Origin: a virus | Lineage: Duplodnaviria; Caudoviricetes | Virus record (IMG/VR): IMGVR_UViG_3300005589_000052 | Span: 1-42,520 of that record | Strand: one strand, 5' to 3' | Length of the DNA stretch: 42,520 nt | Shown here: piece after piece, positions 1 through 9,070 of the stretch | Numbering within the stretch: position 1 is the first letter of the stretch | Layout: every line of letters begins with the position of its first letter | The notes under the pieces: generated by a model | What the model saw: the letters and a program-made list of their open reading frames with translations, nothing else | Database searches by the model: none | Told to the model about the DNA's origin: nothing | Position numbers and translations under genes: made by a program

Positions 1-63
1 GTGGTGCTTCTCTTCATTGGGGCGCACACCCGGAAGGCTGGGCCGCTTGTCGTAGTATTCCAT
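1..63 (-). CDS. 5' part of the late gene after the major capsid gene (MEYYDKRPSLPGVRPNEEKHH...), truncated by the window edge
   Basis: ATG at 63 with a GGAGA SD upstream; frame stays open to the window end. Confidence 0.6.
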   Translation of the reverse strand, partial: MEYYDKRPSLPGVRPNEEKHH

Positions 64-84
64 GTTTGATTTCTCCGGTGTGGG

Positions 85-1242
85 TTAGGAAATGGCCGCA
101 GCGGTCGGCGACACGATGAAGTGATCGCGACGGTTGACGCACCACATTTGCATTTTCGACTTGATGCCCTGGTGGTAGTCGTACGGCTTACCAATCGGGG
201 CCAAGGAGACGGGCTTCTCCATGCGCTGGAAGTGACCCTTCTGGCAGAGGAACTTCATCGACTTGAGGTTCACGCCGTAGTAGCGCGGGCCGTCTTCAGC
301 CGCGTTGGCTTCGTTCGCGAGCCCGCCAGAGCCGTCGTCGTACAGCTCCGCCGTGCCGAGGATGTCAATCGGCTTGAACAGGAGCGTGTCCACGCGAACG
401 CCGTAAGGCGTGATCTCCCGCTTGCCCCACTGGGTTTGACCGTTGCGGAGAGCAGCCAAGACCAGCTTGATGCCCCAGTTGGAGCAGAAGATGATGTTGG
501 TCAGCTCGTTGCCCGGGCCGTACTCGGGGTGCTCCGGGATGCCCTCGAACTTCGCACCAAGCCACGCATCCTCAATCGTGCCGATGAGGTCTTCGCCGTT
601 CGCGGCGTTGCCACCGAGAGCCGCGTAGGTGTAACGCTGGTTGTCGTACGCCGGGACCACGGCCTGAGTTGCGTTGTACACGCTCGTCAGGTTGGTGCCG
701 TCAGCTTGGAGGCCGTAGTAACCCTCTTCGCTGATGAGCGTCGGAATCGACACAGGCTTCGTCATGTTCGTGAACATGGCGGCTTGGTCCGGTGCGCCCC
801 AGATCGCTGACTCCCAGGTGTTGGCGTTCGCCAAGTGAACCTCTTGGAGCTTGCCCATCATGGTCGACTTGTAGACAAGCATCTTGCCTTCATCGCCCAT
901 GCCGTCCACCATCTCCGGCTCGACTTCGGTCTCCGACCAAGCGAGATAGTTGTAGTGGTAGGCCATCTCTTGCGTGAGCTTGAAACCCGTGTTCCCGCTC
1001 TCGTTTTGAGTCGTGAAGCCCGCGCCGCCGTGGAACACGCCACGGTTCGTCGGGGCCAGCATCAGCGTGTCACGCAGGGTGTGGCTGAGGTGCATGGCCT
1101 TCTTCATGTCGGAAGGCCAGAGAGTGTTCAGCGAGTAGCGGCGAGCCGATTGAATATCGACATACGCCTTACCCGTCGAAAGCGGCTGTTGAGCCGTGAC
1201 GTTCGAGATTGCGTCCAGGTAGGACGCGGAGAAAGTTGCCAT
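85..1242 (-). CDS. major capsid protein
   Basis: 385 aa; follows terminase-portal-scaffold; size and C-terminal beta-rich pattern fit an HK97-fold coat protein. Confidence 0.75.
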   Translation of the reverse strand: MATFSASYLDAISNVTAQQPLSTGKAYVDIQSARRYSLNTLWPSDMKKAMHLSHTLRDTLMLAPTNRGVFHGGAGFTTQNESGNTGFKLTQEMAYHYNYLAWSETEVEPEMVDGMGDEGKMLVYKSTMMGKLQEVHLANANTWESAIWGAPDQAAMFTNMTKPVSIPTLISEEGYYGLQADGTNLTSVYNATQAVVPAYDNQRYTYAALGGNAANGEDLIGTIEDAWLGAKFEGIPEHPEYGPGNELTNIIFCSNWGIKLVLAALRNGQTQWGKREITPYGVRVDTLLFKPIDILGTAELYDDGSGGLANEANAAEDGPRYYGVNLKSMKFLCQKGHFQRMEKPVSLAPIGKPYDYHQGIKSKMQMWCVNRRDHFIVSPTAAAIS

Positions 1243-1280
1243 TTTAGTTTTGGTGTGAGTGGATCACCCCAAGGCCCGGC

Positions 1281-2234
1281 CTAGCGCATCATGCCCCTGA
1301 GCGTCGAGTCGATGATGTCTTCGAGGTCTTCCGACTTCTCTTTCACCACAACGCGGCGACCAGTTGACGGGCCATCTGGGAGGCGCGGCTTCTTGGGTTG
1401 CGCTTGGCCTTCATGCTTCGCCGTCACCCCGTAGACCGCTTGCGCAGCCATGTGGACCGCCTTGGTTACCGACTCCTCGATGCTCATGCCATCGAAGGCT
1501 TCGGGGTTCTGTTGGCGGATCTGTGACGCGAGACCGAGCAGGCTTTCGCGCTTGTCTGGATTGGAAAGAACTTCGGGCGCTAACCCGAGACCAGCCAGTG
1601 CGGTGTCCGCCGCCTTCACAATCGGAGCAAGCTGGCGGGCTTGGTCTTCCTGATCGAGCCGGGCTTGGAGTGCCGCGTTCTGCGACATGATCGAGCCCAA
1701 AACAGACTTCAATGACTGGGCGGCTTCCTCACTCAGATCCTCAAACACGGGGGTAAGCGTTTTGTCCAGGTCGAGGAGCGGTGCGGCTTGCGATTCGGGC
1801 GTTGCCTTCGCCGTCGTCTCTGCCGGGCTCGTCGCGCTGGGTTGCTCGCCCGTAGCTTTCGTCTCAGAAGATTGACCTTGGGCCTCTTGCCACTCTCGGT
1901 CGCGCTGTCGCCTGCGCGTGTTCAACTCGACCCCGAGAGCAATCAGCTCACCTTCGGACTTCCCCTTGAAGGCTTCGGGTTTGAGGCCAGCCCGCTTGAT
2001 CTCGTCCAGCGCGTCAGCGAGCTTTACGGGATCGAATGGGGCCGGGGTCTCTTCTGCCCCCTCTTGTAGAGACTCAGGCTCGGCCTGTCCAGGCGAAGTG
2101 TCGGATTTCGCTACACTTTTTGCCTCCTCGAATGGGTCGGCCTCCTCTTCGGCCTCGTGAGACATGGAGGCGGCAATCCCCGCCTCGACCATCGCTTCCA
2201 GGCTTTCCGGGTCCAGTTCTGCTTGCTCGCTCAT
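1281..2234 (-). CDS. capsid scaffolding protein
   Basis: 317 aa, acidic and helical with low complexity, between portal and capsid. Confidence 0.7.
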   Translation of the reverse strand: MSEQAELDPESLEAMVEAGIAASMSHEAEEEADPFEEAKSVAKSDTSPGQAEPESLQEGAEETPAPFDPVKLADALDEIKRAGLKPEAFKGKSEGELIALGVELNTRRRQRDREWQEAQGQSSETKATGEQPSATSPAETTAKATPESQAAPLLDLDKTLTPVFEDLSEEAAQSLKSVLGSIMSQNAALQARLDQEDQARQLAPIVKAADTALAGLGLAPEVLSNPDKRESLLGLASQIRQQNPEAFDGMSIEESVTKAVHMAAQAVYGVTAKHEGQAQPKKPRLPDGPSTGRRVVVKEKSEDLEDIIDSTLRGMMR

Positions 2235-4027
2235 TGAATCCTCGCTTGCGCCCCAGCTTCATTGCCCACAACTCCACCGGTAGACGGCGGGGATGCACCA
2301 GCAGGGGCGGTTTGCTGGGAGGGCGTGTTCGGAACATATTTGCCCATGCCGGGCACGTTGAGTTTCTTGGCCGCGTCCTCTGCGAGCCCGCTTGCGTCAA
2401 GGTCTGGCCACATCTGCTTGAGCTGGCCGACCTGCACCATCATCTCGACGAACTGCAACACCCGACGCTGCTGCAAGCCCTCAGACGTGCGCTCCATCGA
2501 CATCGGGGTTAGCTTGATGCGCTTGCCGGAGAAGTCGTACCGGACATCGTCCAGCAAGCTATCGCCGCCGACGTAGGCCACGGCCTCACCGCGCTGCACC
2601 GCTGCGACCGTCTCCTCGCTCAGCTCCATGCCGCTCTCTTGGGCGTGCTCCAGGGCCTTCCTTCCGTAGTCGCTGCCGATCATGCGCATGTAGTTGGCCG
2701 AGTGCTCCATGTGCCACGCCACGACGCGCAAGCTCTGCTCCACGCCCTTGATGATGCCCTCGCGGATCAAGCTGATTCGGGCTGCCGTGGCCTCGCTCGC
2801 AAGCTGCTCCGCCGTCGCCGTCGTGTCGGACTGCGCGATTCCACGCTGCGTGTCTCCAACGGCTCCCGTTCGATCCCGGCCCTGATCCGTCAGGTTCTTG
2901 GCCATCAGCAGTTGGTCGGTCGGCCCGCCCGCCGTGACAGTGTGGATTGCCTTCTCTAGAAACTCCCCAGCGATCTTGACTTCGTGGAAGCCGCCCGACT
3001 GCTTGCCCTTCAGCGCATCAACCACGTCCTTAGTCGCAAAGTTGGCGACGGTGTAGGACTCAATCGCGTCCAGGAGCCCAGAATCGACCCGGGCAGAGTT
3101 CTCCATCTGCGGGTAGATCTGCGCAAGGTGCGCTGCCGAGTGGCGCGAAAACGGCATCGGCATCCCGCGATAGAACTGATAGGGACCGCACTTCGGGCCC
3201 CGGTACAGGCGCGGCTTGCGAATCTCGGTCTCCGCGTTCTCGCCTGCGTAGGTGTACAGGGTCCCCGAGTAGAACCGACTTTCAGGGTCTTCGACGTACT
3301 CATCCTCGCCTGCGGAAGCCTTCAAGTCCCTCATCTCCGCGACTGCACGGTCATCCAGCACGCCGGGGACGAACATCTGCACCATCCACACCAGTCCGTT
3401 CTCGGTCTTGGGCAGCTCGCGGACGGCTTCCAAGATCCAGTCTGAGTCCTCGGCCTCGGCCCACGCGACAACCTCGGCCCGGTCTTGCTGCCATTTGTGC
3501 CCCATATGCCGGGCCTGATCGTCGCGCTGGACGGCAGAGTCGATGAAGCAGTTGCGGGCGTCGAGGTACACGAGGATCGGGACATCGAACTCCTCCTCTT
3601 CAGTGATGGTCTTCTTGGCCCCATCCCAGGTCGTGATCGGTCGCCCGTACGCATAGCGCGGAGCTTTGGACTTGTCGGTCGTCACCATCGTCCAGCCTTC
3701 ATAGACCATCGAGTCCACGGCGGCCTGTGCCCATGTAGACACCCAATCTTGCTCTTCCGCCGTCTCCTGGATGGCAAACTTGAGCCCGATAGACGCAAGA
3801 GCCGGGTCGCCCGGAACCTTGCTATCCACGTCAATGCCCGGGTTCGTGTAGACAAGCTGCGGCAGGAAGTAGCCGATCAGCTCATACCCCGCGTTCGTCA
3901 GCGCACCATTCTCGCCCTTGAGCGCTTCGAGCACTTGATCTGCCCGCTCTCGCCGCTCGCGCTGCGCTTCAAAGTCTTTGCGGATCACGATGCTGCGCTG
4001 GGCAGCATTCTCCATGTAGCGTGTCAT
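2231..4027 (-). CDS. portal protein (P22-like)
   Basis: 598 aa directly after TerL; contains the portal-typical segment GAVGDTQRGIAQSDTTATAEQL. Confidence 0.8.
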   Translation of the reverse strand: MTRYMENAAQRSIVIRKDFEAQRERRERADQVLEALKGENGALTNAGYELIGYFLPQLVYTNPGIDVDSKVPGDPALASIGLKFAIQETAEEQDWVSTWAQAAVDSMVYEGWTMVTTDKSKAPRYAYGRPITTWDGAKKTITEEEEFDVPILVYLDARNCFIDSAVQRDDQARHMGHKWQQDRAEVVAWAEAEDSDWILEAVRELPKTENGLVWMVQMFVPGVLDDRAVAEMRDLKASAGEDEYVEDPESRFYSGTLYTYAGENAETEIRKPRLYRGPKCGPYQFYRGMPMPFSRHSAAHLAQIYPQMENSARVDSGLLDAIESYTVANFATKDVVDALKGKQSGGFHEVKIAGEFLEKAIHTVTAGGPTDQLLMAKNLTDQGRDRTGAVGDTQRGIAQSDTTATAEQLASEATAARISLIREGIIKGVEQSLRVVAWHMEHSANYMRMIGSDYGRKALEHAQESGMELSEETVAAVQRGEAVAYVGGDSLLDDVRYDFSGKRIKLTPMSMERTSEGLQQRRVLQFVEMMVQVGQLKQMWPDLDASGLAEDAAKKLNVPGMGKYVPNTPSQQTAPAGASPPSTGGVVGNEAGAQARIQ

Positions 4028-4029
4028 GC

Positions 4030-5697
4030 CTATCTCCGTCTAAATCGGGGTGTTTCCGCAAGCCCTGCGGCTTCGAGTGCGATCCGGTTCTCTTCGGCGG
4101 GGTCGCCTCGAATGAACAGCGGGTGCAACTCGCGGGGGTCTCGGGGTGGTTGTGGTGCGCGGTGCGTGTTGGACCAGTTGTAGTCCGAGAAGTAGCGCAG
4201 CTCGTCCATGAAGTGGTTGTCGCGGTCGATGGGCAGCTCCTTGTTTTTGCCCGTCTCGACACGCTGGGGGAAGATGTAGCCGTCGAACTCGTTGAGCGGG
4301 TTGGAGGGCACGCGAGCGTCGATCAGCTCTTGATCGGGATCGTTCTCCAGGGCGTTGGCAAAGAAGCGGATGCGCGGCTCCCCGTGGTTGGAGTCCTTGA
4401 GCGCCCAGCGAACCGTCTCGATGCCCGCAAGGATGGATCCCGGCCCCTTCTTCGCCACCATCGCAATCGGATGGCCCAGGTGGTTGAGCTTGTGGCCGAG
4501 CATGTCGTTGAGCTTGGCGACCTTCTCCGGGGGGTGGTCGCAGACAATCGCCCGCACGTCATACTCGTGCTGCCAGTCCACAATGCGCTTGGCCCACTCA
4601 TCGAGGCCGATGTTGGTCTGGTAGTAGCACTTGACGCGGAAGGCGTGCCCGTCGTCGTCCACGGCGTACAGGCCAACGCTCGCGGGGTCCGGCGAAAATC
4701 CCCAGTCCACCGCGATGACAAAGTACGCGACAAGCCGGGCGCTGAAATCCTCGGGCAGACCCGCACTCGATCCAGCCCAAATCTTGCCCGTGACAGGCTC
4801 CAAGCGCCACCGCCCGTAGTCCTCTTTGCGCTTGACGAGTCGCCCGTTGACAACATGGCGCTCGTGCTTGAAACCCGCATAGACTTGCCCGCTTTCGCTA
4901 ACCCACAAGCCGTCGCGCAGGCGCTTCTGGTTGACCGGGCTCATGCGGTCGAGCGTCATGCCGTACATGGCACCTTCGGCAGTCCAGCGCTTCAAACGGG
5001 CATCCCAATACTTCGGGTTGTCCTTGAGCGTGGTCTTGATCCGGTGCATGTTCATCCAGCCCTCGATCTCTTCGGGCGAGTAGTTCAGGATGCTAATCAG
5101 CTCGGGATCGGGCGTGTATGGCTCGTTGGCGCGGACGTTCAGCCAATGCCCAGCGTGCGCCGGGTTCACGTCGGCCACCTGTAGCGACCAAGGACGGCCA
5201 AAGCGGTGGATGTAGAAGCGGCGAAGACGGGAGCCGATCAAGTCCCAAGCGTGCTGGAAACCCTCCGTCGCCTCGATGAAGAACCCCCAATCGTACTGGG
5301 TGGACATGATGCGCTCGGGGCTGTCCATGCCCACAAGGTCCACTTGTGACGATCCCTTGTAGGGACGGCCATCGACAACCGTTTCAGCGTACGGGAAGAT
5401 GTACTCGTCCCGGTGGTTGCGCTTGCGGGGCGGTGTTAGCGCCGGGTGCCCGTGTCCAAGCACCTCGTTTTCAAAGATGTCGATGAATGACGAGTTCAGC
5501 GACTTGCGGGTTTGGCGGATGATGAGCCCGAGCGTCCCGGGATACATCTCGCAAAGCAGGCGGACGTAGAGCGCGAGGCCGAACGTCTTGCCAGTGCCCG
5601 CTGGGCCTTCCCACAAGACTTCCTGCTGCTGCGTCTGGATGAGTCGCCGCAGGTTCTCCGAGATGACGATGGGCGGTTGCTCAATCGTCGCTACCAA
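4030..5697 (-). CDS. terL: terminase large subunit
   Basis: Walker A EGPAGTGKT, Walker B region YDWGFFIEATE, DVNP coupling motif, DNP, nuclease motifs AVDWG / CD / DNHFMDELRY. Confidence 0.92.
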   Translation of the reverse strand: MVATIEQPPIVISENLRRLIQTQQQEVLWEGPAGTGKTFGLALYVRLLCEMYPGTLGLIIRQTRKSLNSSFIDIFENEVLGHGHPALTPPRKRNHRDEYIFPYAETVVDGRPYKGSSQVDLVGMDSPERIMSTQYDWGFFIEATEGFQHAWDLIGSRLRRFYIHRFGRPWSLQVADVNPAHAGHWLNVRANEPYTPDPELISILNYSPEEIEGWMNMHRIKTTLKDNPKYWDARLKRWTAEGAMYGMTLDRMSPVNQKRLRDGLWVSESGQVYAGFKHERHVVNGRLVKRKEDYGRWRLEPVTGKIWAGSSAGLPEDFSARLVAYFVIAVDWGFSPDPASVGLYAVDDDGHAFRVKCYYQTNIGLDEWAKRIVDWQHEYDVRAIVCDHPPEKVAKLNDMLGHKLNHLGHPIAMVAKKGPGSILAGIETVRWALKDSNHGEPRIRFFANALENDPDQELIDARVPSNPLNEFDGYIFPQRVETGKNKELPIDRDNHFMDELRYFSDYNWSNTHRAPQPPRDPRELHPLFIRGDPAEENRIALEAAGLAETPRFRRR

Positions 5698-6028
5698 CCT
5701 CGCCTCCCAGGTTGATGTCCACGTCCTCGACCTCGCCCTTTTCGTTCACGGTGCGGGCCTGAACGCTCGACACGCCGAAGAGGCTTGCGCCAACCTCGCT
5801 GAACACCATGCCGCGCTGCACCCCGAGGTTCACGTCCACGGTTTCAGTCGGCCTGCCCACCGTTTGATCCATGATGTACTTGGCCATCGTGGCGTAGTGC
5901 GGGTGATCCTCGTTCTGCGCCACCGAAATCGCTGTGCGGAACACAATCTCGGCTTGCGTCTGGCGGTCGCCATCGTGCGCCTGCATCCCCGCAATCGCGT
6001 CGAATGCCTTGCGGTAGTTGCTCGCCAT
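5681..6028 (-). CDS. probable terminase small subunit
   Basis: 115 aa overlapping the TerL start; AKYIMDQTVGRPTETV resembles the TerS LDR..GKP motif. Confidence 0.65.
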   Translation of the reverse strand: MASNYRKAFDAIAGMQAHDGDRQTQAEIVFRTAISVAQNEDHPHYATMAKYIMDQTVGRPTETVDVNLGVQRGMVFSEVGASLFGVSSVQARTVNEKGEVEDVDINLGGEVGSDD

Positions 6029-6472
6029 CTAGGCCCCCGTCGTGGGCTGGACGCGGACGATCCACACCAAGATCAAGTTCCCGTAGCTCGACCATTGCGG
6101 ATAAGTCGCGGTCGGGTGCCCAGCGGTCAGCGTCACCTCGACCCGGTAAGTCTTGCCGCCATCAAGGTGATAATCCGCATCCTGCAAGCGGTACATGAAC
6201 GTGTATCCGCCAGCGAAGTCATACCAGTCGTCGTATTGCGGCGTGAGGAACATGCACTCGTTGAACGTCGCACCGGGCGGATTGGCCCCAACGTCCAGCG
6301 TGGCCGAGTGAACCGCTACGGTTGGCGTGCTGCTGGTCTCGTCGTAGACCTTGAGCGAGGCCGCGCTGACCTCGTTGCGCGTCAAAAGGACGTTGTTGCC
6401 GGGGCGTGGGGCGCCAGGAAAGAACGCGTCCTGCCCCTCCACGTGCGACATGTGAGCTACGAACTGCTTCAT
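6029..6472 (-). CDS. beta-rich putative virion protein
   Basis: Start re-called at ATG 6472, just after the upstream stop; Ig/BppU-like strand pattern (GKTYRVEVTLT). Confidence 0.55.
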   Translation of the reverse strand: MKQFVAHMSHVEGQDAFFPGAPRPGNNVLLTRNEVSAASLKVYDETSSTPTVAVHSATLDVGANPPGATFNECMFLTPQYDDWYDFAGGYTFMYRLQDADYHLDGGKTYRVEVTLTAGHPTATYPQWSSYGNLILVWIVRVQPTTGA

Positions 6473-6477
6473 GCTGA

Positions 6478-7842
6478 TCAGCCTGCCGTGCTTCGGCCTG
6501 GGGGGACGAGTGCCTGCCGCCCCGATTGCCGATAAGGCGCGGGGCAGGTGATCGTTTTGGGGGCCGTGCGCCAGATGTCGAGCAGCGCTTCCGTGTCCGC
6601 TGAGTCCGGTGTTTCGCCCGTGTAGGCCGCCATTTGTTCCGTGAACAGGCCCAGGAACTCGCCGTTGTCGCCCACCGTCGGCTCTATGCAATGGCCTTCC
6701 GGGTAGCCGTTCCAGGTCACGATCACCAGCCCGTCTAGCCGCTCGCCCGCATCGTCGATAGCCTGATAGCCGTCAAACTGCCCCTTGATCGTCTCCGTTG
6801 AGCGCGGGATGGCCCTCGTCGCGTTGCCAGCCCCCCACTCAAGAACGTAGTCCTCGAAGCCCGGAGAGAAGTTGCCAAGCCCCACGCGCCCCGAGTTCGC
6901 GGCGACTGCAGGCTCGATGTATGCCGTGTAAGCGTCTTGAGCCCAGTTGCTCGCCTTCTCGCGGATCGTGTCACCGTCCGCATTTAGATAGTCCTGATAG
7001 CGAATCCACGGGAACAGGCCGTCAAGCCAGCTCACGTCATTCGCCCCGTGGTTGCGCCCTACGACAAAGAAGTCGTGGTCTGCCGCCGTGCGCGCCGCCT
7101 CCATCACCCCGCTCCACTCGGCGGTAGAAATCGCCTCCACACCCACGCCAGGGATATTCAGCGTGCCCTCGTACCAGTAGATCACCACGCGCCCATCAAC
7201 CTTGAAGGCCGCTGGGTTGTCCTTGAGCTTGATGACAAGCTGCGAAATGTCGATGGCGACCTGCCCAAGCCGCGAGAGCTTCGACGTGTAGTCGTCCGAA
7301 AAGTAGTTCCAGATGTAATACGCCTCGTAGTTCGCCGTGACGCAGTTGGTGAGGCCCGCCTCGTTCGCCCGTTCCAGCATCTTGTCGAGGTGGCGATACC
7401 GCGTGTCAAGGCCCCGCGTGTATTCCGGGTCGCCCTCCCCGTACCCGTAGTGAGACGTGCCCGCAAGGATCCCCAGCGTGCAGCAGATCGTGTTGATCCT
7501 GCCGCGAGGGTCGCCGTCGCGCGGGATCACGCCAAGCATTCGGTCGATGTGCGCAATGCTCGCGGCATCCTTGCCCGTGTCGCTATAGATGCCCGTGAGG
7601 GGCCGCAGCTTGGAGGCGACCATGCGGTGACCGCCGTTGCAGGCGCTCGCGTCCTGGATCGCGTACGGGATGGGTGTGTACACCTCGGGATTCGAAGCGC
7701 TCCAGGTGGCACCGTCGAGATCCCAGTTGCCATAGTCCTCGTCCGCACCCCCGTCGTCGGTCGGGATCGCATACCAGCCCTGCACAATGAGGGAAACGTG
7801 GTCCGCAGGCCAGTTGTCGGCAAGATCGAAGACGTGAGCCAT
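6478..7842 (-). CDS. GH99/GH71-like glycoside hydrolase domain protein, first gene of the late operon
   Basis: Motifs QGWY, PLTGIYS, FKVDGRVVIYWY, SPGFED and IVTWNGYPEGHCIEP match GH99/GH71 TIM barrels; start re-called at ATG 7842. Confidence 0.7.
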   Translation of the reverse strand: MAHVFDLADNWPADHVSLIVQGWYAIPTDDGGADEDYGNWDLDGATWSASNPEVYTPIPYAIQDASACNGGHRMVASKLRPLTGIYSDTGKDAASIAHIDRMLGVIPRDGDPRGRINTICCTLGILAGTSHYGYGEGDPEYTRGLDTRYRHLDKMLERANEAGLTNCVTANYEAYYIWNYFSDDYTSKLSRLGQVAIDISQLVIKLKDNPAAFKVDGRVVIYWYEGTLNIPGVGVEAISTAEWSGVMEAARTAADHDFFVVGRNHGANDVSWLDGLFPWIRYQDYLNADGDTIREKASNWAQDAYTAYIEPAVAANSGRVGLGNFSPGFEDYVLEWGAGNATRAIPRSTETIKGQFDGYQAIDDAGERLDGLVIVTWNGYPEGHCIEPTVGDNGEFLGLFTEQMAAYTGETPDSADTEALLDIWRTAPKTITCPAPYRQSGRQALVPPGRSTAG

Positions 7843-8051
7843 TGCCCGCCTTATATCGGAGTCGGGGGGTGGCCTCGGGCGGAAAGTGTAGTATTTCGCT
7901 ACACTTTCGGGTGGCCAGAATGGAACAGACTGGAACAAAGTGCGGGTTTTCTCAAGTTTCCCCTTGCGCGCTGTTCGGGTTTGTCCGAAGGTGTACCTGT
8001 GCCGAGCGCGTGCTTGGCGCACCCCAACAACGACTTTCCAGGACTAGAACC
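7843..8051. promoter_or_regulatory. divergent late/early control region
   Basis: Non-coding gap between divergent arms; perfect 10-bp inverted repeat 7882-7908, TGGAACA repeats at 7921 and 7931, hairpin 8000-8019. Confidence 0.65.
7882..7908. repeat. palindrome GAAAGTGTAG-N7-CTACACTTTC, with a second copy at 2096-2118
   Basis: 7884-7906 and 2096-2118 are 21/23 identical. Confidence 0.85.
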
Positions 8052-8366
8052 ATGACCACCGCCCAAGACGCCACCTCTGCAACCGCCGCCCGCATTACCT
8101 TTCTCCTAGCCGACCTTGAAGCGGTGTCCTTCGCCATTGCAAAGCGCGTCTCCGATGTTCGCGCTTTCGTGCCGAGCGACATGATCGCAACGAAGTACCG
8201 CATCGAGCTGTCCATCGCTGACCTCCCCGGTGGGCTTGACGCGCTCCGCACGGCCCGCTTTCACCATCACTACGGCGCTCTCCTGTTTGAACGCGAATGG
8301 GAGCTGACCGAGGAGCTGCAAGCGGCACGGGACTTCTTTGGAATCCAGACCACCGCCACCGCCTAG
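8052..8366 (+). CDS. hypothetical early protein
   Basis: ATG 8052 after CCAGGA; first gene of the early arm. Confidence 0.7.
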   Translation: MTTAQDATSATAARITFLLADLEAVSFAIAKRVSDVRAFVPSDMIATKYRIELSIADLPGGLDALRTARFHHHYGALLFEREWELTEELQAARDFFGIQTTATA

Positions 8367-8486
8367 CCCGCGAACGGGGGCGCGAATCCCCCGGCACCGT
8401 CACCGTGACGGCGAGGCCCCTGTTTGATGGGGCAGGGCGCTCGGCAACGCCACCCCATAACACACTGAACCAGGAGGATGGCCGAT

Positions 8487-8732
8487 ATGGCTACCGAACA
8501 ACGACAGCTCGAGCACGCCAAAGCGGCGGACGAGCTCAGCAAGTTTCTTTGGGAACTCTCGGACACGCTTGACGGCTGGGCTGAGGAGAGCCGTAAGGGT
8601 CGCCGTGGCGCTCAGCAGCTTGAGACGTACCTCACTGCCGCGAGCGAATGCCGCCGCTTTGGAGCGAAAGCCTGGCACCTTGCTACTAAGCTGGGTGCCG
8701 CAAGGACTCCCGGACAGGGCGAGGCCCGCTAA
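8487..8732 (+). CDS. hypothetical protein
   Basis: AGGAGG SD at 8472; TAATG coupling to the next gene. Confidence 0.7.
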   Translation: MATEQRQLEHAKAADELSKFLWELSDTLDGWAEESRKGRRGAQQLETYLTAASECRRFGAKAWHLATKLGAARTPGQGEAR

Positions 8733-9070
8733 TGGCTGCACAAGAGGGACGCGAGGGCGTGAGCCCCACCTACAAGCCCGTGGACCTGTCAAGGCATGAG
8801 GGGCACACCCCGGGGCCGTGGGGCATCGACATCCACGGATGGGCGTGGCTTGAGGCCGATGGTGCATTCAGCGTCGGGGCCAAAGCCGAGTCGTGCAGCG
8901 AGTTCGTCGTTTGCGGTCGGAACGCAATCCCGCTCAAGGCTGCCGAGTCCCAAGCCAACGCCCGCCTGATCGCCGACGCTCCCGCCCTACGGGATGAAGT
9001 CGTGGCGCTGCGGGAAGAGAATGCGCGGTTGCGCCAGGCTCTTGGAGATCTGACGGAGGCCAAGTCATGA
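8732..9070 (+). CDS. phage HTPGPW...ANARLIA-type protein
   Basis: Common phage motifs HTPGPW and ANARLIADAP. Confidence 0.75.
   Translation: MAAQEGREGVSPTYKPVDLSRHEGHTPGPWGIDIHGWAWLEADGAFSVGAKAESCSEFVVCGRNAIPLKAAESQANARLIADAPALRDEVVALREENARLRQALGDLTEAKS

Noticed and set aside
6026-6031. In-frame TAG-ATG junctions (also 35942-35947) as amber readthrough or code reassignment
   Set aside because: Many genes end in TAG at clear boundaries and no suppressor tRNA is seen; simple gene abutment explains it
7843-8022. 60-aa N-terminal extension of the GH-like ORF and 70-aa extension of ORF 7842-8366
   Set aside because: Both run across the divergent regulatory region; the downstream ATGs at 7842 and 8052 fit better
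8367-8400. tRNA gene or att-site remnant (T-arm-like hairpin)
   Set aside because: No D or anticodon arms, the loop lacks TTC, and no integrase is present; kept only as a structured element
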